This document shows, in pieces, positions 13,020-23,653 of a DNA stretch of 39,227 nt. Numbering within the stretch: the first letter of the stretch is position 1; each line of letters opens with the position of its first letter. Under the pieces are notes generated by a model that saw only the letters and a list, made by a program, of their open reading frames with translations, was not told the DNA's origin and did no database searches. Both the position numbers and the translations under genes were made by a program. Where the stretch lies: positions 125,114-164,340 of the forward strand of contig JBNGIO010005990.1 of NCBI GenBank assembly GCA_049999805.1. Direction: 5' to 3'. The DNA comes from Folioceros fuciformis (taxonomy: Eukaryota).

Positions 13020-13702
13020 AGAGAGAAGAGGTTCCGTTGCGGTTTTGAGATGCCATACTATTATCTTACCATTATTTTCTCCTGTGGCGATGCAAGTCGC
13101 GATGGAGGAGCAACAGTCCCTACCTAGTATACTGCCTTATTTTAGGCATACCCGCCCAGATTGTCATGACACCTGGGAGATTGGTTTGGATCTCTCCCTC
13201 ACCCCTCAAAAATCATTTATGCTCGTACGCATGTGGTGTTTGTATGTCTTGTGTGTCTGGGCCAGGAGGAGGTGGTGGCGAGAAGGTTCGAAGTCGCATC
13301 GTGATCTATGTGACGAGCTCAAGTCGTCACTGGAGCAAAGTGGAGGCCGCAGTGGCCCACCAGATATGCATTGTGCGGCGTCTTATCTCTCCTGGCATGT
13401 GAGGAGCATCCCAGTCGCCACGATGCATCCAAGTGCACTCAACACCTGATTCCAGATATCAAGCAACGGACAATCAGGAAACCTCCAGGAACAAATTCCC
13501 TTTCCTTTTCCATCACAGCTGACCTGACCCCATCCTGTCCCATTTCCACTTCTCCTTACACCCTGCGACATGACCAGGGTAGTGAGAAGATACTACTGCA
13601 TCCTTTAGAATTGTCGGTGTGACGGTGCGGGCGGGGGAGACGTGTGAGACTAGTCACCGTGACTTTTCTCATCCCAGCGGCCGCGGGCAGAAAAAGTCGG
13701 GC

Positions 13703-13740
13703 TCCAGCCCCGGCTCCGGCTCCAGCTCCGGCTCCGGCTG
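13703..13740 (+). repeat. Short hexamer repeat (CCGGCT/CCAGCT)n, about 6 units
   Basis: ccagccccggctccggctccagctccggctccggct seen directly. Confidence 0.75.
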
Positions 13741-14490
13741 CGGGTTGTGGGCCAGTTCCAAAATCGGAGGATCCACTTGTGTGCCGAGTCCGCTTCCAAA
13801 GAGGGGAAGCTCAGTGGAGGATCACGCTCGGCACTGCGGCTTCCCTTGGTGGAGCAGCAGCTCACGACAAGGGGTGGGAATGGAGCTTGGGAGCTTTCCT
13901 GACACCAGCCCCCCCGTACTCCGGACCGGGTCGCGATTCGACTTCCATGGACAGGCGGAGGTCTAGAGAGTCTTCGTCCCGTGCATCTGTGAATTGGCGT
14001 GGTTTGTGACATCAGACAAAGAAGAATACAGTACACCAAGTGTGTCGTACAGTTTAGTACAGGATGCTACTGTGTGATTGCGTTCGCCTGCTCCGGGCCC
14101 GGTTGCACCGCAAATTCTAGTGGAGCCTGTGGGAGGGCCCGGCCCCGGTCGCCCGCCCTGCCTCCAGGTCCAGGAAGCGGATGGAGCACGTTGCGTAGAC
14201 AGCGCAATCTAGACTCCATGTTTAAAAGGGAAAGGAGTGGTACGCCCGCCCGCTCTGGAAAGTGGGCCCCTGTCTTACACACTGATGGAAAAAGTGGCAG
14301 GAGCAGCAGCAGCAGACAAAGAAAAGAAAGAGGGAGAATAGAGGCCACGACAGCTCCTGTTTACGTACGTCCCAATAACAGACCATACCAACACAGCATA
14401 AACTACGTTGCGGGTGATGGCCAGGCCAAGGTGTGGCACGCCAAAGCCAAGCCAGCAACAAGACGAGAAAATTGGGTGGAGGTGAGTGTC

Positions 14491-14510
14491 GTCATGTCAT
14501 GTGACATGAC
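14491..14510. repeat. Perfect inverted repeat GTCATGTCA-tg-TGACATGAC
   Basis: The 9-bp arms are exact reverse complements with a 2-bp spacer. Confidence 0.85.
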
Positions 14511-16658
14511 AGACAGGCGTAGGCAGACTTGACCTGGGCAACGTTCACCCCGCTTGCGCTTGCAAGTCTTGCGCCTGACCTCGAGCTCGAAGATAAGTTA
14601 TTTTCAACATCTTGCGGGTCTGTTCTGTGCTGCAAGCATGCAGCCTGTACAGTGTGCTAGACTTACCTGCACCTGCAAGAAAGGCAACCTGCAGAAGTTG
14701 GACTTGCAAGGCACGCACGACCGGGGACGGTGCGACAGCCAAAAGTGGACTACCATCACATCATAGCCCACAAAAACAGACATGAAGTGTCTGATGCATA
14801 TACCATCTTTGACTCCACTGATCACAACACGTACGTGAAGTTGCGCGCGCAAGTGCAGTGGAGGTGGTGTCCGGCCGCATCCTTGGAGTCCTTGCCAGTT
14901 GGTCTGGCATGGCCAGGCCAGACCAACTGGCCCATTGATGCCATTCCCGGCCACGCCTGTCAAGTACCAGTTCAACTTCGGACTCGAGAAGCATATTGTC
15001 ATCTCCCTCTGGGAGTGTTGCCCTCTCTTTCCTCCGCGACTTGCTCCTGATTACCAGGCCACAGCTGGCCAGAGGCTGAGTAACATAACGGCGGCAACGG
15101 CACCCAGTCCAACACAATCAATGTTCTGTGGGAACACGACTGTGACCGCTACGCTACGCTACTCTACGCGCCGCACCTCATCAATACACACCTTGATGAG
15201 TCTACAAGTCCCAGCCCTGCCTGCCACGGCCTGCCCTGCCCTGCAGGATAGTGATTCCATTCGCCCCCGCCTTCCAACAGCGAACGCGCCTACGCTCCAA
15301 AAATGCCTCGTCTCCCGCCACAGCGACAACTTCACCAAACCGAAGCTAACCCTGGTTTCCGGGATCCCCCGCTTCACTGGCTCCAGCTCCTGAGGACATT
15401 CCTGGCACCCGCCCGACCTCTCGCCACGCTAGCACCCCCATGTGCGGGGAAGCCAACGTCATGGCGCCTCCGACGTCACGGACTCAACGTGTCCTGCCCA
15501 CTGCGAGCCGCTCCCCGGTCGTGGCCATCCTGCCATGGGAGCCTCCTGTGACTAAGCTACTTCCTCCATGTGACTCATCAGCTGGTGCTGCTGCTCGATG
15601 TTCTTCCTGCGGAAGCATCCAAAATCATGTCGCCGCACAAGTGGAGGGACGCTTGCCCTCACTGCATTCGGTCACCGCGCTCAGGCCGTCGCCGCCAAAC
15701 TCCGAGTTACAAACACACGTACGCCTCACAACACCCTGCCCCTGACCGTGCCCGCACAACATCTACCTGGGAAGCTCGCACACGGATAGTGCTTTCGATG
15801 CCATTGGCAATACGGATCATGGCTCCCTCTTTGCAATTTCGCACAACTCCAACACCCAAGTCCCAACCCCCTTCCTTCCTGCCATGTCCTCGACGCTCCA
15901 AGTAATTCCCACCAAAATTTACGACTCCCAGTCTGCATGCATCACGGAGCAGAATCTTCACTGTGCATATCCGTCTCCGTCACCACCACATCTCCCAGCC
16001 TGCCATGTTTATTACCGTTCCCTACCTGGAAGCTCAGCCCTGCATGCATCCCGAATTCCAACACCGACACACTTTGACACGCGCTTGCCAGATTCAGCAT
16101 CGTCGTAACTTTCTCCGTAAACCCTAAACCTTCACCGCGCTGTCCCACTTTCCCCTCGCGCTGCATAACCGTGCACTGAGAGTCCGAAGACCCTCTGAGG
16201 TGCATGCACACATCGGAATCTTGACATGCGTATACAGTACGTGGAAACGTTCAGGATGGAAGGGGAGGGGAATCGGGGATCTGTCCTCGGAGCTGGACAT
16301 TGCTGTGTGTGGTGTCAACCTTTCCCACCTTCTGGAGGCCTGGTTGCTTCTTCTAAGCACTCCACTCCACAGCCCTAGGAGCGGGTCACTCTCGGGATTA
16401 GGGCAGGTTCATTACTTATTCCATCCACAGGCGGCTGGTTGCTCTCACTCACTCCAAAGCTATGGACATCTCTACTTGGTATAGCTCTCAATGCAAAGCG
16501 CATGGAAGTGTGCTAACCTACCCTGCCCTCGAGTTGAAGGAGGGTCGTGCCTTGTCGGGAAGCTGGAGAACCTGTTGTGCCATATCCAAACCTTGACAAT
16601 CGTCTTGACTTTAGAGCCATTAGGGTTAGGTATGTACTGTACGATACACTTACGGGAA

Positions 16659-16786
16659 GCTATGATGGGGTCATGTGACATCATATGTGTGCTGTGATGG
16701 GGTCATATGACATCATATGTAAGCTGTGATGGGGTCATATGACATCATATGTGTGCAGTGATGGGGTCATATGACATCATATGTGT
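16659..16786. repeat. Tandem array, 4 x 32 bp (GCTGTGATGGGGTCATATGACATCATATGTGT)
   Basis: Units start at 16659, 16691, 16723 and 16755 and differ from the consensus at 0-2 positions. Units 2-4 contain the palindrome GTCATATGAC. Confidence 0.95.
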
Positions 16787-17448
16787 GATTGTGATACATG
16801 TGGAAAAGCGGAGCAGCAGCATTTGCCTAAAATGCGCGCTGATATGTAGGAGATCGTGGTGCCACAGCGTAGGGAGGGCCACGTCGGCTGGACCACGCGT
16901 CGCGGCATCCAAATTTCTGTCACGGGACTGTACTCGCCTGTCCGTGTTGTCCCCCACTCACTTTTGAAGCTAAGTGACAAAACAGAATCTGGCGCCGGAT
17001 CCCTTTTCCCTGGATTTACCCCAGGGAGAAAACTGTATTACCCGCCATCACCGTACCGGGGGCAAGTTGGCGGCCCACTTTGGGACGCCGTCGCACCGCC
17101 CGTAATTACATAAGCTATGAACTATGAGCCATAAGTCAAGCCAAGCCGTTCCCAACAGCAAACCGACGCCTGTCCCGCCTCGGTTCATCCCCTTCCCCGG
17201 CGGCCTGGGGACCCGGCTGAAAAAGAAAAATCCGTCTGCAACAAGGCCAATCGCTGGCATCTCGTCACCTTCGCTGACTCTGCCCCTGTCCCTGCCGTTG
17301 CGTTTGCTTGTGCGTATGCGTGTGCGAGTCCCGGTGTGGGTTGATGCTGGCCAGGACTGGGATGCTGAATCTGGTGCGGGAGAAGCTGGAGGTGGATCTG
17401 CAGCTGGACTGCTGCGGACTATGGCGGTGACGGAGGCTTCCAGCTGTC

Positions 17449-20400
17449 ATGGACGGAGCCGAGACCAAGTCGCCCCTCCTTAACACGCAGCAGCTGCAGC
17501 ACCAGCTGCAGCAGCTGCAATCCGTGCCGGAGGTGATGGCTGGGGCAAGCCCGGTCCCGGCTGGGGTGAATGGTGGAAGACCGTGGGACGGTGATGTCTC
17601 CAAGCTGCTGGCGTCGGGATCCCCGGATGCGCGGTTTCTTGAGGATGACCCGCCGCTCATGGAGCTCATGGAGCTGGAGTCTCTGTGTGATCAAGGCGCA
17701 GAATCGTGGATGGCCGGATCCCCTGGGGACTATGGGATGCCGTTCCTCAACTTCTCCTTCCCGCCGAGAAACATGTCTCCCGCGGCCTCTCCTTACTCCG
17801 CACCTATGCAGCAGCAGCAGCAGCCGGGGTTTTTGTCGTTTCGTCCGCCGGGGCCCGGAGTAGGAGAGATGCAGCAGCAGCAACAACAACAGTTTGAGGT
17901 GAATCCTGGAGGATTTAGTGCCGCATCCGAGTACGAGCGGCTCTCGCAGGCGCTTCTCGGTTTGGAGCAGCCGCAGCAGGTGCGGCCGGGTTTGGATGTC
18001 GATTACGCTCTTGCCGCTGCGCAGGCGCAGGTTGGTGTTGCCCTACAGGCGCCTGTGGAGGCCGTGCTGCCGGTGCCGCAGCCTTCGGCGGGGATGTCTC
18101 CGCCACCTCCGGGGCAGTTTTCGGCGGAGGATTTGCTGGAACATTACTTGGCCTCGCCCAAGGAGCGGGATGCGGGGGGATGGCCGGAGGATGTGAAGCA
18201 GCAACAGCAAACGCAAATGCAGCTCGTTCCGCCGGGCGGTTTGCATCTCATGAAAAGTAGCGTGTGGATCACACCCCATTTGTCATTCTCTTTCAAGGAC
18301 CGAATGATGCAGGCGTTGCAGATGATTGCACGGGGTAAGGGGGATGTCCTTGTGCAAGTGTGGATGCCGGAGATTGTGCACGACAGGGTGCAGCTAATCA
18401 CCAATGGCCAGCCGTACGCGCTAGAGCGCGACTCGGAGAGCGATGGATCGGGCTTGTGCCAGTACCGCGCGGTGTCTATGCTGTACCAATTCAGTGCGGA
18501 GAGGGACATGAAAGACGATCAGCTAGGGTTGCCTGGTCGGGTCTTCGTGAAACAGACGCCTGAGTGGTCACCGAATGTACAGTTCTACAAGAAGCAGGAG
18601 TTTTGGCGTGTCGCTGCTGCGGAGCAGTGCGACGTGCGAGGGACTCTCGCCGTCCCCGTCTTCGATCCCTCTTCTGGTTCTTGTATCGCAGTCATTGAGC
18701 TTTGTATGAGAGCTTCCAAGGTCCAGTACAGCCCGGAGATTAAAGACATTTGCCATGCCCTGCAGGTTTGCGCCTTGTACCGTCCTCGGTTGAATTGAAC
18801 GCGCAGCGCGGGACCACGTGATGCTAATAGCAGTGGATTTATCATGTGTAAAGGTTGTGAATTGGTATCAGGACACTGACTTCCTCTTTTGTCATCCTTT
18901 GTCCAGGCCGTCAATCTTACGGGCCCCGACGGTGTCACCTTACCCGGAGAGGTAGTGTCATCGTAATCGTGGATTGCCAATATGCGTGAGATTGTGCAGA
19001 TTTGTGCTGTGCTCTGGAATGGGCGACTCATCCCTCTCTTCCGTTGTACGCCAGATCCGTTCAGAAGGTCGTCAAGCTGCCCTGGCGGAGATTGAGGAGG
19101 TTTTGGTAGCTGTATGCGAGACTCACAAACTTCCCCTGGCCCAGACATGGGTCCCCTGTAATCGTGCTCGTGCTCGTCTGAGTAAGAGCGGTGGCAAGAT
19201 CGGGGAATCTGCAACTGCTCCCACGAGCAGTAGTTCCAGTAACCACAGTTCGGAGTCTAGTGGAGATCAGCTGAGATACTTGATGACGGGGGATGGGCCC
19301 TGTTACGTGAGTAACTACGCAAGTGATACCACCAAGATATGGGATTTTCGCAAGGCTTGCGAAGAACACTGTCTGGAACGAGGGCAGGGTGTTCCTGGCC
19401 AGGCCTACTCTTCAAATCAGCCCTTCTTTGCAAGTGATGTGAGAGCTTACACCAAGATGGAGTATCCTCTGGGGCACTATGCTCGCTTATTCGGATTGAC
19501 GGCAGCTGTGGCCATTCGGCTCAGGAGTGTGCATACTGGTAATGATGACTTTGTGCTGGAGTTCTTTCTGCCTCCCAACTGCCAAGGTAGTGTGGAGCAG
19601 CAGACAACTTTAAATTCGCTCTCCATTACGATGCAGCGAGTCTGTCGAAGCTTGCGTACAGTTTCCGCTCAAGAGCTGGAGGATGATGATAGAGCTGCAG
19701 CGCGCCATGAAGACTCTTTGGAGGTTGATAGTCATGCCGGTGGTGGACTAAATCACAGTGATGAACATTTGTCTTGGTCTGATTCTCATGTCTCGCCTGG
19801 CAATCATGTGGATGGGCCTCATCAGCAGTGGAATGGTCTTGTGGATCCCAGGCAGAGAGGGCAGCGGCCATCTGATCATGCTCAGCTACCTGGGTTTCTT
19901 CCCCTGGGCCAGTGCACTCCACCCCCTCATCAGCATCAGCAGCGAGTGCAGCAACCGTTACATCGCGCACCACTACAGGAAGGGGAGCAGCAGCAACCAC
20001 TGCAGCAACCTCACAGCGATGCACCTACAAATCCTCAACGTCCACCTGCAGGTCTGCGCCGTGAAGAAGAGCTCAAGGCAACCACTGGTACATCTTCGTC
20101 AATGCCTGGTTATCCGCTACCTTCTCCGTCTCAGGAGACTATGCTTAAGAGAAGATTAGACAGAAGGCGAGGCACGACTGAGAAGACAATCGGCCTGAAT
20201 GTTCTTCAACAGTATTTTGCTGGTAGCCTCAAGGACGCCGCAAAGAGTATAGGAGGTGAGTATGTAGAAGTTTAGTGGATTTGCACTCGAATTCCAGATA
20301 TTTGAACGCCCGCTTCTGCTGGGTTGGTGCCATCGGATGAGGTCACGCTTACCCTAAATTTTTTCTGCTTCTTTGCAGTCTGTCCGACAACGTTGAAAAG

Positions 20401-21457
20401 AATTTGCCGACAGCATGGAATTTCAAGGTGGCCGTCGCGGAAGATCAACAAAGTGAGCAGGTCTCTGAAGAAACTTCAAGGGGTGATCAATTCTGTTCAG
20501 GGGGCGGATGGCGCTCTGAACATCAATGCTCTGACATGTGATTTAGCATCTGCTGCTGCAGCTGCCTCCGCGGTAGCAGGGGTGCAATTAGGAAATGGTG
20601 GCGAACCGTCAGGCAGGGCAAACTGGACCATTGCCTGGGGCAAGTCTGCCCCTGAACCGGGGGACCAGACTTTTGCAAAAGACCTGCCTGACGTTGATAT
20701 GAATGCAGGAGTAACAGAAGTGAGAGCGGACAGTATGGAAAGGAGGGAGTGTTGCACGCCGGAAGGTGGAAGTGTAGGCGATGGTTCGAATGGAGTGAAT
20801 GGATTACCGGATGGTCTGTCTCCCTGTAATGAGACTGAGCGGGATGTGATCAGAACGGGCTCTAATTCTGCTGACAGTGGAGACACCCTCAGCAGACGGC
20901 GGCCGGTAATGGCAGGCGAGAATCGTGTACACGGGGGTGGAGCAGTTTTGGTGGCATTAAGTGGGGCTGATACAGAAAGCTTCATGCGAGATTGTGGTAC
21001 GAATAAGACGGGAGACATCTCACCCCGTGGATTCTCGCTCGACAGTTCAGATGAGGGAAGTCAACCCGCAACCACCTTTCCAGGCCGTAATGAGGCTGGT
21101 AGCCCCTGCAGCCCGTCGTCGATGGAGAGGAAAGGGCATGCCACAAAGAAGTACATTCTAGAAGATCAAGTGATAGTGAAAGCTACGTGTGGACCAGATA
21201 CTGTCCGGTTCAAGATGCCCTCGAATACTTCTTACGAATACCTCAGGGCTGAAGTGTCAAAGAGGATAGGTGCGGGTGGGGAAATGCTGCTTAAGTACCT
21301 AGACGACGATGCTGAGTGGATGCTGCTGTCTTCTGATCCGGATCTGCAAGAGTGTATGGAACTGATGCAAATGTCGGGCGGACACTGCATCAAGCTTCTG
21401 GTGAAATGTAACTTGCCAAAGTGTACAGAAGGATGCCCCGACAACTGTGACCGATAA
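17449..21457 (+). CDS. NLP: NIN-like protein A (nitrate-responsive/GAF-like region, RWP-RK, PB1); 4 exons
   Basis: Exons 17449-18765, 18907-18951, 19055-20255, 20379-21457 with GT-AG junctions in frame. NLP motifs: [122 protein letters not shown] (RWPSRK 20426-20443), PB1 [13 protein letters not shown]...[20 protein letters not shown] (~21170-21405). Confidence 0.95.
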
Positions 21458-23653
21458 CGTTGGCACCCTCTGCCCAAAAATCTCGCATGGAGCCGGTATT
21501 GTCAGTATTGGTTGATGAGAGTATTTTGCCTGGATTGTCTCCAGTGTCATTCTGGTGTCCTTTCACGAAGGTGGTGGTCCGCCGACAGTCGCCTGAAACC
21601 GCTCTCCTTCCCAGTCACAGGGTATACTGTCGCCGGGATACAGTGAAGGCAGTCTTAAAGTGTGCGGGGAGGTACAGATCATGGAAAGCGATAGAGGAGG
21701 TGACGAATATTCCTGGATGCCCACCTCTGTTATCAAATCCAATTGTTTTCAGCCAGGGTACTGTCACACATGAGCAGCGCCCAAGAAGTCACGTACCCAC
21801 ATGATGCGATTTCAAGCAGGTCCCGGCAACTCTCGGCAAACAGTATCGGAGGGGTGGCCTAGTCTGGACGCAAGGCTGTGCAGTTAGTTAACAGCCGCCG
21901 TGCTCTCCACCAATTCACACGACTTGATTCCAACTTGGCGGACTTCATGCGCGAGGTATGCTGCATATTGTAAGCTGAAAAGGAGAAATTTGTTCCACGG
22001 TTGGTAGGGTCGTGATTCCAGTCTCAGCCACGGGCTCACTAAAGGTGGTGCGTGTTTTGCAGGCGAAAAATTATATTCGCCTCACGCAGACAGGCGAGGC
22101 GAGGAAATGATGGAATCAGGCACGGCATGTCTGTAGCGGCACTGCACTCGCTGGGTGGCGGCACCTTCCCTCCACGCGCTGGGTGGGCAGTGTACAAGTG
22201 ACTGTAGAGCAGCCTACTGGTAGCGGGCTTGTGTTGAATTGTGGGGAGTCTACTCGTAGCAAAGAGACACGTAACTTGAATGTATTATTTTGGCCATGAG
22301 AAGGAAATAGTTTGCGAAGAAAGAGGCAGGAAGGCAGGGAGTCGGTGCGGGCTGCTCTCCCCCCAGGCCCACTTCGCCACAATAGCAGACTAAACATGTA
22401 AAGGCGGGGGCGATAAAACGACGTCCGCATTGGCACGAAGCACCAGAGCAAAAGTTGCTGAAGAACGCGGGCCATGCGGCTGGGCTGCTCAGCTTGGACC
22501 AGGAACATGGAATGGCAGCCGGAATTGAGATGGAGCATATTCGAGGAGCATCTCGGCACGTCTGTGGAACTACCTGAAAAGCGGCTAGCGAACCTGGAGA
22601 GAGGGGCAGCCAAATTTGTATGGGCGGAAGGGTTACTTTGCAGGCAGCTTGCTTGTGGAAGGTCCTAGCTAGATGGGGCAATGGGTGCATGAGAGAAATA
22701 TGGAGGAAGAGATAGCATGTGGGAAAGAATCACTCATGCAACTTGACAAGCCTAGTTGTGTCCCGGTGTGCTCTGGCACTGTGCGTGTGTGCAGCCGCTT
22801 GTCTGTGTGTCTGGTATTTACATCCAGATTCTTCCCCAGCCCGCCTAAATTTGTATGTGCCGGCCCCACCCAATGGAACGTGGACTCCTTAAATTTAGCT
22901 CCCTCTGTGTAAACGCTGCTTGCTCGTTTACGATCTATCCACGCTGTAGCCAGTCATCGGTCCTGGACTCCTACCCGATTTTATAACAAGCTGGCCCGAG
23001 ACGCACGCTCGTTCACAACACCACGCCACACGCCCCCCCCCTCCTCACCTCTTCCTCCTCTGCTACCTGCCCTTGTCCGCTACCTGAGCGGGAGCCCGAG
23101 AGCCTTCTGCCTGTCCTTGTCTTCTGCAGCTCCCGCCACCCCGGATTCCTTCCCCTTTCCTACCCTTCCTCTCTTAACTCTGCCTCCTTGTCTAGGTATA
23201 TCCTTCATTTGCGCAACCCCTCAAAGCATTTGCAAGGGAAAGGAAGCCGCGGAGCGGCTGCGTCAACGGACCGGACTGGCGACAACCCAACACGTCGCTG
23301 GCCGCCCTCAAGGTGAGATCCTTCTACCCATCTGCTCTACGCTGCTCTGTTCTGCGCCGTAGCTCTCTCTGCTTTCTCCCGCCTGGTGTGCGCCGCTCTG
23401 GAGATTCCAGCGCAGTGAGTCCTGGGCAAGCCGTGTTCCAGCGGAGAGGTGCCTTGAAGAGGCCCGGGAACCACCCGTCGTGCAGATAATGCAAATGTGG
23501 CTCCCTTTCCTGACGCTGTGTCGGGTGCAGGGGCAATGGCCGTGAGGAGGCTCGTTAGCGCTTACCACAATGGGCGCTTGCTGCTGCGGTTCGGGCTTTG
23601 CGTCGTCTTCTAGCACAACCAGCGAGTAGCACTTGGTAGCGTTCTGGTGAAAC

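Noticed and set aside
11564-13056. Multiple antisense ORFs over ACC, and the hydrophobic tail of ORF 10611-12932
   Set aside because: The antisense ORFs are shadows of GC-rich coding DNA. The tail is read-through into the last intron (donor 12741).
16659-16786. CRISPR-like appearance of the 32-bp palindromic repeats
   Set aside because: The units are directly adjacent with no unique spacers, there are no cas genes, and the context is eukaryotic.
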